From positions 1-44,211 of IMG/VR virus record IMGVR_UViG_2917413769_000009: 44,211 nt of DNA. One strand, written 5' to 3'. Shown here piece after piece: positions 30,575 to 39,568 of this stretch. Origin of the DNA: a virus. Its lineage: Duplodnaviria; Heunggongvirae; Uroviricota; Caudoviricetes. The notes below the pieces were generated by a model. The model was given only the letters and a program-made list of their open reading frames with translations. It was not told the origin of the DNA and searched no databases. The first letter of the stretch is position 1; each line of letters opens with the position of its first letter. Position numbers and translations under genes: made by a program.

Positions 30575-31443
30575 GCAGCTTCCCTCCCGAAGTCGAAATA
30601 AAGCTGCCCTCCAAATATTTCGCATGACTCAGAACAAGAGCCGGTATCGAATCTTTTAGCTCGTACCATGTCCTGATACAGGGCTTGATAATCATTTTCT
30701 GAATACATTTTCGCGATACCATCCAGCGACATTCTTCCTCGGTACATAATCTCCTTTGGTGTTTCCCGATGTCCGTCACGCACATGCGATCCCGTGATGA
30801 CCTCATTAAAAACACGCTGCAATCCCTCCTCATCTTTGCAGGCAAGTCCGATTTTTTGCGTTGATTTTTTAATGCAGAATATGCAGTTACCGAGATGTTC
30901 CGGTATTTGCAAATCGAATGGTTGTTGCTTCCACCATGCGAGGATATCTTCCTTCTCAAAGTCTGACAGTTCAGCAAGATATCTGATTCCAGGCTTTGGC
31001 TTTAGCCGCTTCGGTTCATCAGCTCTGATTCCAATCCACGTGGTGTAATTCCCTCGCCCGAAATGGTCATCACAGTATTTGGTGAAGGGAACGAGTTTTA
31101 ATCTGTCAGTGCAGAACGCGCCGCCGACGTATGGAGTGCCATATTTCTTTACCATATCGATAAATGGCTTCAGAACAGGCATTTTCGTCTGAATATCCTT
31201 TGGTTCCCATACCGTATAACCATTTGGCTGTCCAGGCTCTGGATTGATATCAACCTGCAATACGGTGAGCGGTATATCCCAGAACTTCACAACTTCCCTG
31301 ACAAACCGATATGTCATTGGATGTTCACAACCTGTATCCATGAAAACGTAATGCACGTCTTCACCTGCCTGTCGCTTTTGCTCCATTAGCCAGAGCAAAT
31401 ATGCTGACGTCCTGCCACCGGAGAAACTAACGACATTTATCAT
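30571..31443 (-). CDS. ninC: NinC (PAPS reductase-like)
   Basis: 290 aa from [24 protein letters not shown]...; the SGGxxS PP-loop motif; lambda NinC-like. Confidence 0.9.
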   Translation of the reverse strand: MINVVSFSGGRTSAYLLWLMEQKRQAGEDVHYVFMDTGCEHPMTYRFVREVVKFWDIPLTVLQVDINPEPGQPNGYTVWEPKDIQTKMPVLKPFIDMVKKYGTPYVGGAFCTDRLKLVPFTKYCDDHFGRGNYTTWIGIRADEPKRLKPKPGIRYLAELSDFEKEDILAWWKQQPFDLQIPEHLGNCIFCIKKSTQKIGLACKDEEGLQRVFNEVITGSHVRDGHRETPKEIMYRGRMSLDGIAKMYSENDYQALYQDMVRAKRFDTGSCSESCEIFGGQLYFDFGREAA

Positions 31444-31880
31444 GCAGCCCTGTCTCCCCATCTTGCTTTCCACTCCAGAGCCAGTCGCGCTTCGTCTGAC
31501 CACTTAACGCCACGCTCTGTACCAAATGCCTGTATAAGCTCTAATAGCTCCGCAAATTCGCTTACACGCATCCTGCTGGTTGACTGGCCTATTACCACAA
31601 AGCCATTCCCGGCAAGGTTAGGAACAACGTCCTGCTGCTTTAATGCTGCTGTAAAAACGCACTTCCAGCTTTCTGTATCCAGCCAGCGACCATGCCATTC
31701 AACCTGACGCGAGACGTCACCAAGGCAAGCCCAAAGTTTCCGATTTTGGTCTAAGCTGCGGTTACGTTCCTGAATGGTTACTACGATTGGTTTGGTTGGG
31801 TCTGGAAGGATTTGCTGTACTGCGTGAATAGCGTTTTGCTGATGTGCTGGAGATCGAATTTCAAAGGTCAGTTTTTTCAT
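31440..31880 (-). CDS. ninB: NinB (recombination mediator)
   Basis: 146 aa from MKKLTFEIRSPAHQQNAIHAVQQILPDPTKPIVVTIQERNRSLDQNRKLWACLGDVSRQVEWHG..., near-identical to lambda NinB as recalled. Confidence 0.9.
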   Translation of the reverse strand: MKKLTFEIRSPAHQQNAIHAVQQILPDPTKPIVVTIQERNRSLDQNRKLWACLGDVSRQVEWHGRWLDTESWKCVFTAALKQQDVVPNLAGNGFVVIGQSTSRMRVSEFAELLELIQAFGTERGVKWSDEARLALEWKARWGDRAA

Positions 31881-31896
31881 GACTTCCCTCTCCCCC

Positions 31897-31928
31897 AAAT
31901 AAAAAGGCCTGCGATTACCAGCAGGCCT
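31897..31928 (-). terminator. tR2-like rho-independent terminator between the replication and nin genes
   Basis: Minus-strand AGGCCUGC-UGGUAAUC-GCAGGCCU followed by UUUUAUUU. Confidence 0.55.
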
Positions 31929-31953
31929 GTTATTAGCTCAGTGATGTAGATGG

Positions 31954-33330
31954 TCATACGTCAGCCCCTTGTGCATATCGTCTGCCACGTGCAGCAGGTG
32001 CATTTGATGCTGTGCAAATCTGTCTGGCTTCATCCTGGTCACATGCAACAAAGTGTCCGTTGCAGAACCGCTGGTAAACCGTACCAAGTGAGCCAAAACG
32101 GTTTTTCGTCACGATGATTTCAGCAAATGGCGCGGCGCTACTGTTCTCGTCATATACTGCTTCCCGATAGAGCATGATGATTGAGTCTGCGTCCTGTTCA
32201 ATGCTTCCTGAATCACGCAAATCTGCGTTTGTCGGGCGTTTGTTTGGTCGCTTCTCAACATCGCGCGAAAGCTGACTCAGGGAGATAACAGGCGTTTTCA
32301 GGTCTTTCGCCATCGCCTTAAGGCTTCCTGAGATGTGAGCAATTGCGAGGTCGTTGCGGTCTGCTTTCGGCTTCTCAATCAGGCCAAGATAATCCACCAT
32401 GATTAGTGACAGGTTTGGATTTTCCTGTTTGTGCCGTTCTGCGATTGAGCGTATTTCTTCGACCGATAACCGCGAGGCATCGACCACCCATACATCCAAA
32501 TCTGCAAGCTGACTCATGCCGTTAGCAACGCGCGCCCAGCCTTCGTCATCCATCGATGCAGGATTTCGCAGCACGCTAACCGACATCCTCCCGGCGTTGG
32601 CGATGCTTCGCTCTGCAATCTGCAATGCGCTCATTTCCATCGAGAAAATCAACACTCCGCGCCGGACGTCAGAACCAGGAATAACGCGGCTTGCAACGCC
32701 TTCGGCAATCTTCAGCGCCAGTTCGGTTTTCCCCATACCAGGACGAGCAGCGATTATCACCAGGTCTTCTGCGTTCATCCCTCCGGTGATGGCATCAAGT
32801 TCTTCGATTCCGGTCTTCAGGGTATCTGACTCTTCTCCGTTCCTCAGACGCCTGTCAAGCGTGTCAGTGTAGTCAGTGATGATTTCCCCTAACCGCACCG
32901 GTTTAACCTCGTCACGGGGCTTTCTGATGGCTGAAAGACGCTTTACAAGTTCATCCATCGCCTGACTCGATGCGTCGATGGTTCCGCTCTGAATTGGTTC
33001 ACGCATTTCATCCATGATTTCCAGCACCAGACGGCGGTGATAGTTATCCGCGACCATTCCGGCATATCCCTTCAGGTTTGCGGCACTCGGGCAGTTTTTG
33101 CTGGTCATCAGGATTGACGTGAAATGCTCCTCTCCGCATTCCTCAGCAACCATCAGCGCGTCGATTAGGTTTCTGTTTCTCGCCTGCTTGCGGATAACCT
33201 CGAAGGCTTTCCGGTAGAGCGGAATTGAAAACGCTTCCGGCTCAAGCGTTGCCAGAACGTCACTGGCGGTTGGAGTTAATCCACCAATCAGCAGGCCACC
33301 GATAACGCTCGCTTCGATATCCTGTCTCAT
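31954..33330 (-). CDS. DnaB-family replicative helicase
   Basis: 458 aa with Walker A GMGKT, Walker B IMVDYLG and the C-terminal RecA-like core; in the position of lambda P. Confidence 0.92.
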   Translation of the reverse strand: MRQDIEASVIGGLLIGGLTPTASDVLATLEPEAFSIPLYRKAFEVIRKQARNRNLIDALMVAEECGEEHFTSILMTSKNCPSAANLKGYAGMVADNYHRRLVLEIMDEMREPIQSGTIDASSQAMDELVKRLSAIRKPRDEVKPVRLGEIITDYTDTLDRRLRNGEESDTLKTGIEELDAITGGMNAEDLVIIAARPGMGKTELALKIAEGVASRVIPGSDVRRGVLIFSMEMSALQIAERSIANAGRMSVSVLRNPASMDDEGWARVANGMSQLADLDVWVVDASRLSVEEIRSIAERHKQENPNLSLIMVDYLGLIEKPKADRNDLAIAHISGSLKAMAKDLKTPVISLSQLSRDVEKRPNKRPTNADLRDSGSIEQDADSIIMLYREAVYDENSSAAPFAEIIVTKNRFGSLGTVYQRFCNGHFVACDQDEARQICTASNAPAARGRRYAQGADV

Positions 33331-34148
33331 GCAATCCCCCTGTCTGCAAACTTCCCTTCCCGAACTCCCGTTAACGAGTCTTCCCTCAACAGGTAATCAA
33401 AATCAGCCGTCCAGCCCGTGTCGTTGTCTCCGAAGTAAAACGGCTTGGCCTGATGCACAAACGCCCTGACATACGCTCTGAAACCGTCTACGTTTGGCGT
33501 TTTCAGTTGTGGGATGATTTTCTTCAGGCGGCGTTTTCGTTTCTCGTTGACCGCAACAGCGTGTGGAAGTCTGTCACCGACTTCGGTGTTGTAGGCGTTC
33601 AGGAAGGATTCGTAGTCGATTCGTTCTGCCTTGCGACGTTCAGGTTTAACCTGCCCATCGCCGCCCCCGTTAGGGGGTAAGGGGGTATTTGTATTTATTG
33701 TCTTTTGTATATTGTCTTTTGTGTTTAGCTGACTTGGCTTATACCCATTAGCCGACTCGGCTAATGTTTTATTAGCTGTTTTAGCTAATGTTAAGCTGTC
33801 CTGGCTAATCCACTGAGAAACCACCTTGTTCACTCCTATTTTCACGCCATCAGCAATGAGGAATTTACGCTCAATAAGCTGGCGCTTGGCAGCGCAAACA
33901 TGAGTGTGATGAATACCTGTCATGGCTGCTATCTGCGTATTTGTGAGTCGATCCATCGGCTTATTGAATCCGTATGTCTTGCGCATGATAGCGAGCATCA
34001 CCTTCAACTGCCGGACGGTTAAATCAGCCATCAGCAGACTGTCGGTAATCTCGTTAGCAACGCGCATGAAACCATCTTCGGTATCTGCCACGCGATGCTC
34101 CACGACCTCCAGTTGAGGCCTGTAATCAGCTAACTTAACGACGCCCAT
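33327..34148 (-). CDS. O: replication initiator (O-like)
   Basis: 273 aa with ori iterons inside the coding sequence and a proline/glycine linker ([10 protein letters not shown]); ATGA-coupled to the helicase gene. Confidence 0.88.
   Translation of the reverse strand: MGVVKLADYRPQLEVVEHRVADTEDGFMRVANEITDSLLMADLTVRQLKVMLAIMRKTYGFNKPMDRLTNTQIAAMTGIHHTHVCAAKRQLIERKFLIADGVKIGVNKVVSQWISQDSLTLAKTANKTLAESANGYKPSQLNTKDNIQKTINTNTPLPPNGGGDGQVKPERRKAERIDYESFLNAYNTEVGDRLPHAVAVNEKRKRRLKKIIPQLKTPNVDGFRAYVRAFVHQAKPFYFGDNDTGWTADFDYLLREDSLTGVREGKFADRGIA
33685..33808. other. origin of replication: four iterons (consensus TTAGCYGAYTYGGCTAA) followed by an AT-rich tract, inside O
   Basis: Iterons at 33725-33741, 33748-33764, 33772-33788, 33791-33808, each an inverted repeat; AT-rich tract 33685-33724; same architecture as lambda ori. 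Confidence 0.65.
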
Positions 34149-34296
34149 GTTTCACTCCTGCTTTGGCTAGTCTGTAAACACCAACAAGGCGCTCTGCGAA
34201 CGCCCTGTTATTTGCTGCGGCTACCACTAATCCCTCAGGTGAATCAGGGTGTCGAATCTCTTCTTTTTCCTGGTATTTCTTACGACGTTTTGTCAT
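34135..34296 (-). CDS. small basic ORF (53 aa) between cII and O
   Basis: [53 protein letters not shown] with SD AGGAG 5 nt upstream; its stop overlaps the O start. Confidence 0.35.
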   Translation of the reverse strand: MTKRRKKYQEKEEIRHPDSPEGLVVAAANNRAFAERLVGVYRLAKAGVKHGRR

Positions 34297-34328
34297 AATT
34301 ACTCCTGTGGATTGATCCAGTAATTCCC

Positions 34329-34625
34329 TCAGAATTTCATATCAATTTGCTTAGAGTCCCCGGCGGCCACCGGGGATTTTTTCTTTGTGATTCCATCAAG
34401 CGCATACTTAAAAGCCCTGCTAATCGGACTGATGTCTGATGCCATTCCGAAAGCACACAAGACCGAAGCAATAAATCTCCAGTCCGTTCTGCTTATCTTC
34501 GATTCATGACAGCCAATCATCTTTGCCAGACCGCGCTGTGTAAGCGTTGACAGGTTGATGAGTAAATCTGTTTCTGCGCGATCAACGTCGCGCTGTGATA
34601 GTTTGCTGTAACTTGTTCGTTCCAT
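34329..34625 (-). CDS. cII: CII-family transcriptional activator
   Basis: 98 aa in the cro-cII-O position; HTH region and C-terminus ...TKKKSPVAAGDSKQIDMKF parallel lambda CII (...TNKKRPAATERSEQIQMEF). Confidence 0.85.
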   Translation of the reverse strand: MERTSYSKLSQRDVDRAETDLLINLSTLTQRGLAKMIGCHESKISRTDWRFIASVLCAFGMASDISPISRAFKYALDGITKKKSPVAAGDSKQIDMKF

Positions 34626-34710
34626 TTCTTAAGATTTCCAATAGTGAATAGTTAGTTGAAAGGTATGCGTTGAAACGCATATGGCCTTAGTTGGTCAGAT
34701 ATCTTGGGAC

Positions 34711-34756
34711 TCGCTTTTCAGCGACGTAGGACGAATGTCCGTTGTTACAAAGAGCG
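34711..34756 (-). promoter_or_regulatory. nutR (boxA CGCUCUUUGUAACAA plus boxB hairpin UCGCUGAAAAGCGA)
   Basis: Between cro and cII on the minus strand; the boxB-like hairpin shares the core ACGU(G/C)GCUGAAAAGC with the element downstream of PL. Confidence 0.5.
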
Positions 34757-34763
34757 GGGTTAC

Positions 34764-34973
<210 letters not shown>

Positions 34974-34984
34974 TTAGTACATAC

Positions 34985-35060
34985 AGTCATTATCACCGCC
35001 AGAGGTAAAAGAGTCAACATCTGCGGTGTTAGATATTTATCCCCTGCGGTGATAGATTTA
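34985..35060. promoter_or_regulatory. right operator region OR1-OR2-OR3 with divergent PR and PRM
   Basis: OR1 TATCACCGCCAGAGGTA (34991-35007), OR2 CAACATCTGCGGTGTTA (35015-35031), OR3 TATCCCCTGCGGTGATA (35038-35054); PR -35 TTGACT / -10 GATAAT on the minus strand; leaderless cI start. Confidence 0.9.
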
Positions 35061-35061
35061 A

Positions 35062-35778
<717 letters not shown>

Positions 35779-35864
35779 CACGAAATAAACGTCCGACAAG
35801 CACAGCAGCCAATACCTAAAAAAAATATTTTGCCGAATATTCAGTTCGTTATAAAGGTTAAGCA

Positions 35865-36443
35865 TTGAGTATACCAACTGTCTCTCTATGGAATGAGATG
35901 GGGTTAATCCCCCCAATAGACGAGGCTGATCCTACAAGCCATACTCGTTCCCCATACAAAATGGATATAGTACGCTTTGTTAGTACTTTTTCGCTTAGCC
36001 CTGCAAGGATTAAAATCCTTAAGGGTTTTCTTAATTTTCGTGTTTCACTCACTCAAGCAGGGCTGGTTGAAGGTTTTCAGTGGGTAGATGGAAGCTTCAC
36101 AGAACATATTGAACTTATTGAAAAAAGGCCACCGAATGATGTCGATGTTGTGACCTTTTTTCAATTCAGTAATGGCGATAATGATGCAATCGTAATCGGT
36201 AGAAAGCCAGAGCTATTTGATCATGATTTTGTTAAGAAGGAGTTTTTCGTAGATTCCTACTTCCAAGAACTTAATCTACCAAGTCATGAGCTTGTTGAAA
36301 TGACTGTATATTGGTACAGTATGTGGGCACATAGACGCGATCTGTCGTGGAAGGGATTTATCCAAATCCCGTTAAACCCACAACTTGATGTTGTGGCAAT
36401 GACTATACTTAATTCGGCTGCTACTGAGGGGGTCAAACAATGA
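35865..36443 (+). CDS. hypothetical protein A of the cI-linked two-gene cassette (rexA position); possible nucleotidyltransferase-like fold
   Basis: 192-aa ORF from a TTG start (AAGG 7 nt upstream), or 181 aa from the ATG at 35898. Not hydrophobic; motif GFQWVDGSF-x14-DVDVV. Confidence 0.7.
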   Translation: MSIPTVSLWNEMGLIPPIDEADPTSHTRSPYKMDIVRFVSTFSLSPARIKILKGFLNFRVSLTQAGLVEGFQWVDGSFTEHIELIEKRPPNDVDVVTFFQFSNGDNDAIVIGRKPELFDHDFVKKEFFVDSYFQELNLPSHELVEMTVYWYSMWAHRRDLSWKGFIQIPLNPQLDVVAMTILNSAATEGVKQ

Positions 36444-37309
36444 ATCGTAATGATTATGTTTTCGCTCTCAGTGAGCGCGAGCAAATAAGTAATCTATTAA
36501 AAAATATGCCAACAAGTCATTCTATTAGCCGAAAAAGCTTAGAAGACCGTCTGGAGAAAGTTGAGCGATTAATTTCACAAGCTGACGTTCGAGAACATGA
36601 ACCTACGCATGCTGTGTTAACTTTTAGAGGCCCAACAGTAGTTGGCACGCATGGCATTTCAGCAGTATTTGGAACAAAAGCTATATCTTGTTTTAATGAT
36701 GCAATAGCTTACTTGGCAACCTCTTTCAATGGCCCACTTCCTGCATCAGGCAAGATACCAAACATAGAAAATAATCATCTCATGATTACCGCGTCAGCCC
36801 GTGGTTCTTTCGGATTCGTACTTGAAGAGTTTAGACCTGATGCTCCTCTTGAATTCGATGAAGAAACCCCAGTAGCAAAAGCTATTAATAAGGCCAGAAA
36901 AATATTTCAGGCAAGCTTGGATAATGATGATGAAGAATTGTCTGATGCTATAGAAAACTTAGACTCTCGGGCCTTAGATAAAATCAGAGCGTTCATTCAT
37001 TATCTGCATGAAAATAAAACAGTTTTTACACTTAAAAGCCAAGGTTTTAGCATCGTTTTTAGAGAGCCAAAACAGCTTGAAGCTGTATATCAACATCTCA
37101 GCAATGATAATATTCAGCAGGAAAAAATTATTGAGAACGTTATATTTTTGGGAACTCTTCCTAACAAGCGCCAATGTGAATTTATAGTTTTAGGTAACAC
37201 TGATATCAGAACCGCTAGCATTGACAAAGCTGTAGATGACCCAGATATTATAAACAAGCACTTAGGAAGCGTTGCAACAGCCACGTTCCTGAAAAAAAAC
37301 TGTTGGTAA
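36440..37309 (+). CDS. hypothetical protein B of the cI-linked two-gene cassette (rexB position)
   Basis: 289-aa ORF, ATG overlaps the stop of gene A (ATGA), SD GAGGGGG; AT-rich; no TM segments; the only motif noted is R-x6-H (RAFIHYLH) in a helical stretch. Confidence 0.7.
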   Translation: MNRNDYVFALSEREQISNLLKNMPTSHSISRKSLEDRLEKVERLISQADVREHEPTHAVLTFRGPTVVGTHGISAVFGTKAISCFNDAIAYLATSFNGPLPASGKIPNIENNHLMITASARGSFGFVLEEFRPDAPLEFDEETPVAKAINKARKIFQASLDNDDEELSDAIENLDSRALDKIRAFIHYLHENKTVFTLKSQGFSIVFREPKQLEAVYQHLSNDNIQQEKIIENVIFLGTLPNKRQCEFIVLGNTDIRTASIDKAVDDPDIINKHLGSVATATFLKKNCW

Positions 37310-37385
37310 GGGCAAACCCAGATACACTCTGGTTTCTCGACCTCAATGGGATATTAAATCTATCGATTAGAATGAGCCCCTTCAA

Positions 37386-37412
37386 CCCGGCCTCCGCGCC
37401 GGGTTTTCTTTT
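37386..37412 (+). terminator. rho-independent terminator after the cI-linked cassette (t_imm-like)
   Basis: CCCGGC-CTCCGC-GCCGGG followed by TTTTCTTTT. Confidence 0.65.
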
Positions 37413-37560
37413 ACCATCACCCCGTCAAAAACACACCTAACGAATTGTATTTATTGAATAAATATAAATCACACTTATCACATTGCGCAATTCAGCTCCT
37501 ACACATCCAGACTAGCTCTGCAAAACTTTAAAAAATAAATCAATAGTAAAAACATGCACA

Positions 37561-37632
37561 TAACCATTTGCGGTAATATTTTATCTCTAGCGGTGTTGAC
37601 GAAAATACCTCCAGCGGTGATACTAAACACAT
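37561..37632 (+). promoter_or_regulatory. left operator OL1-3 and promoter PL
   Basis: OL3 TAACCATTTGCGGTAATA (37561-37578), OL2 TATCTCTAGCGGTGTTG (37582-37598), OL1 TACCTCCAGCGGTGATA (37606-37622); PL -35 TTGACG (37596-37601), -10 GATACT (37619-37624), 17-bp spacer; start region ATCAGCAGG as in lambda. Confidence 0.85.
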
Positions 37633-37670
37633 CAGCAGGACGCTGGAAGCCAAATGGAACAGACTGGCAG

Positions 37671-37715
37671 GCTCTTTAAACAACGTCGACTCTCGACTAC
37701 GTGGCTGAAAAGCCA
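37671..37715 (+). promoter_or_regulatory. nutL (boxA GCUCUUUAAACAA plus boxB hairpin UGGCUGAAAAGCCA)
   Basis: About 40-85 nt downstream of the PL start; the boxB-like hairpin shares its core with the nutR element. Confidence 0.5.
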
Positions 37716-37813
37716 GATCACCCAACCACATAAGCTGTGGGATGCAATGCCGAAGCAACCGTCTCAGGAGGAGCTTCGAGATTGCATCGCCAAAGTTTAT
37801 TCGGGAGGAATCT

Positions 37814-38086
37814 ATGTCCAGAAAAACAGAATTTAAAGGCACCGCAGCTTCTCGCCGTAGAGCACGTCGCGCAAATCTGCAAAGTCAGGAGGCGATCAGC
37901 TCCGACAAGCTACACAGGCCAACCCCTTCACGAGTGGTCTTGCAATGCAAGCGCAAACCAGCAATGAGAGCAGAAGTTATAACTCTGACAACGTTGACCA
38001 GAAAATATGAAGGTTCAACTTGTCTTCCGAACGTAGCTCTTTACGCGGCAGGCTACCGGAAATCAAAACAACTGACAGCGAGGTAA
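37814..38086 (+). CDS. N: N-like early antiterminator (arginine-rich motif)
   Basis: First gene of the PL operon; MSRKTEFKGTAASRRRARRANLQSQEAI... has an N-terminal arginine-rich motif like lambdoid N proteins; SD GGGAGG. Not lambda N itself. Confidence 0.7.
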   Translation: MSRKTEFKGTAASRRRARRANLQSQEAISSDKLHRPTPSRVVLQCKRKPAMRAEVITLTTLTRKYEGSTCLPNVALYAAGYRKSKQLTAR

Positions 38087-38144
38087 CCTGCACTGTTCGC
38101 CAGAAAATGAAATTAGGCAGCAAACCACTTATTTGAGGTGATAT

Positions 38145-38231
38145 ATGGAAGAAGAATTTGAAGAGTTCGAAGAGCATCCGCAGGATGTGATGGAACAATA
38201 CCAGGACTACCCTTATGACTACGACTATTGA
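38145..38231 (+). CDS. acidic 28-aa peptide (lambda orf28-like position)
   Basis: MEEEFEEFEEHPQDVMEQYQDYPYDYDY, overlapping the ral start in another frame. Confidence 0.45.
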   Translation: MEEEFEEFEEHPQDVMEQYQDYPYDYDY

Positions 38232-38415
38232 TAAGAATCAATGGTGTGGACAATTCAAGCGATGCAATGGATGCAAGCTGCAATCGGAATGCATGGTTAA
38301 GCCTGAAGAAATGTTTCCTGTAATGGAAGATGGGAAATATGTCGATAAATGAGCAATACGAACGACGGCAATGATTGCCAGAGAACTTGGTAAACAGAAC
38401 AACAAGGCTGCCTGA
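38215..38415 (+). pseudogene. ral: ral (restriction alleviation) interrupted by an in-frame TGA at 38350-38352
   Basis: MTTTIDKNQWCGQFKRCNGCKLQSECMVKPEEMFPVMEDGKYVDK-stop-AIRTTAMIARELGKQNNKAA; lambda Ral as recalled has Trp (TGG) at this codon and runs on to the same C-terminus. Confidence 0.6.
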
Positions 38416-38549
38416 TGGTGGCCTTTATTTTTGGCATAAACAACAGAATAAACACAGCACTGTGTATTCATTCCAACGAGTGAATACACGGAGCAATGTC
38501 GCTCGTAACTAAACAGGAGCCGACTTGTTCTGATTATTGGAAATCTTCT

Positions 38550-38580
38550 TTGCCCTCCAATGTGAGGGCGATTTTTTATC
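38550..38580 (+). terminator. rho-independent terminator within the PL operon (tL-like)
   Basis: GCCCTC-CAATGT-GAGGGC followed by GATTTTTTAT (stem 38552-38569, T-run 38572-38577). Confidence 0.55.
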
Positions 38581-38589
38581 TATGAGGAT

Positions 38590-38967
38590 ATGAATAGATG
38601 TCAAACATCAAAAAAATACATCATTGATTACGACTGGAAAGCATCAATAGAAATTGAAATCGACCATGACGTAATGACAGAGGAAAAACTTCACCAGATT
38701 AATAATTTCTGGTCAGACTCTGAATACCGACTCAATAAACACGGCGCTGTATTAAATGCTGTATTAATCATGCTGGCGCAACATGCTCTGCTTATAGCAA
38801 TTTCGAAAGACTTAAATGCATATGGTGTTGTTTGTGAGTTCGACTGGGATGATGGAAATGGTCAGGAAGGATGGCCTCCAATGGATGGTAGTGAAGGAAT
38901 AAGAATTACCGATATCGATACATCAGGAATATTTGATTCAGATGATATGACTATCAAAGCCGCCTGA
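38590..38967 (+). CDS. Ea10-like early protein; probable true start at the ATG at 38598, disrupted by an extra A in the A7 run
   Basis: The long ORF starts at an ATG with SD spacing of only 1 nt. The ATG at 38598 has good SD spacing but reads MSNIKKIHH-stop; with A6 instead of A7 (38610-38616) it would read MSNIKKYIIDYDWK... into the long ORF. Confidence 0.5.
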   Translation: MNRCQTSKKYIIDYDWKASIEIEIDHDVMTEEKLHQINNFWSDSEYRLNKHGAVLNAVLIMLAQHALLIAISKDLNAYGVVCEFDWDDGNGQEGWPPMDGSEGIRITDIDTSGIFDSDDMTIKAA

Positions 38968-39042
38968 GCGCGGCTTTACCGCATACCAACAATGCTTCAC
39001 GAGAGGCATTTTCGTTATGCAATCAAATATAAGGAGTTACCC

Positions 39043-39177
39043 ATGATGCACTTTCAGCTCGCGGGTAGCGGCGTCATGTCCGCTTTCTACCCGCACGAAT
39101 CTGAATTATCACGCCGAGTTAAACAATTAATCAGAGCAGCAAAGAAACAACTGGAGGCGTTATGCGCAATGAAATAG
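39043..39177 (+). CDS. cIII: CIII-like protease inhibitor
   Basis: Start at MMHFQLAGSGVMSAFYPHESELSRRVKQLIRAAKKQLEALCAMK (SD AAGGAG); amphipathic helix pattern and position resemble lambda CIII. Confidence 0.6.
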   Translation: MMHFQLAGSGVMSAFYPHESELSRRVKQLIRAAKKQLEALCAMK

Positions 39178-39314
39178 CCATTAATCACCAGATGCTTCGT
39201 GCTGCACAGAACAAGGCAGTAATAGCCCGATTTATTGGTGATTCAAAAATGTGGCTTGAAGCAAATAAAGCGATGAAATCAGCTATCAACCTTCCGTGGT
39301 ATCGCAGGAAATGA
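39162..39314 (+). CDS. kil: Kil-like small protein
   Basis: Hand translation MRNEIAINHQMLRAAQNKAVIARFIGDSKMWLEANKAMKSAINLPWYRRK (50 aa), SD GGAGG; position after cIII as in lambda. Confidence 0.45.
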   Translation: MRNEIAINHQMLRAAQNKAVIARFIGDSKMWLEANKAMKSAINLPWYRRK

Positions 39315-39469
39315 GTTTTACAGATAACTGGTCAGACGAAGAATTCATTCGTCAGATGAAAGAATTAATCGGTAACGAAGGAGATATTCATGTCACTTGC
39401 AACCACAGTGAAGGAGAGCAAGTTACAGAGACGCATGTACACGCAGAAAGCTCTCTGGTATCGCCATAA
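39311..39469 (+). CDS. small hypothetical ORF (52 aa) coupled to kil
   Basis: ATG overlaps the kil stop (ATGA); MSFTDNWSDEEFIRQMKELIGNEGDIHVTCNHSEGEQVTETHVHAESSLVSP. Confidence 0.3.
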   Translation: MSFTDNWSDEEFIRQMKELIGNEGDIHVTCNHSEGEQVTETHVHAESSLVSP

Positions 39470-39568
39470 TGGCGACCGCGAAGGAATGCGGGTATGCCTT
39501 AATTTGTCCCGAGTCGAAGTATTAAATCAGCGTTATTTCATTGGGCCATGTCCATTCTGAGGTGAATT

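Noticed and set aside
35865-37309. Identity of the cI-linked genes as rexA/rexB
   Set aside because: Sizes and order are wrong (192 and 289 aa versus RexA 279 and RexB 144), protein B is not hydrophobic like RexB, and the sequences do not resemble Rex proteins as I recall them.
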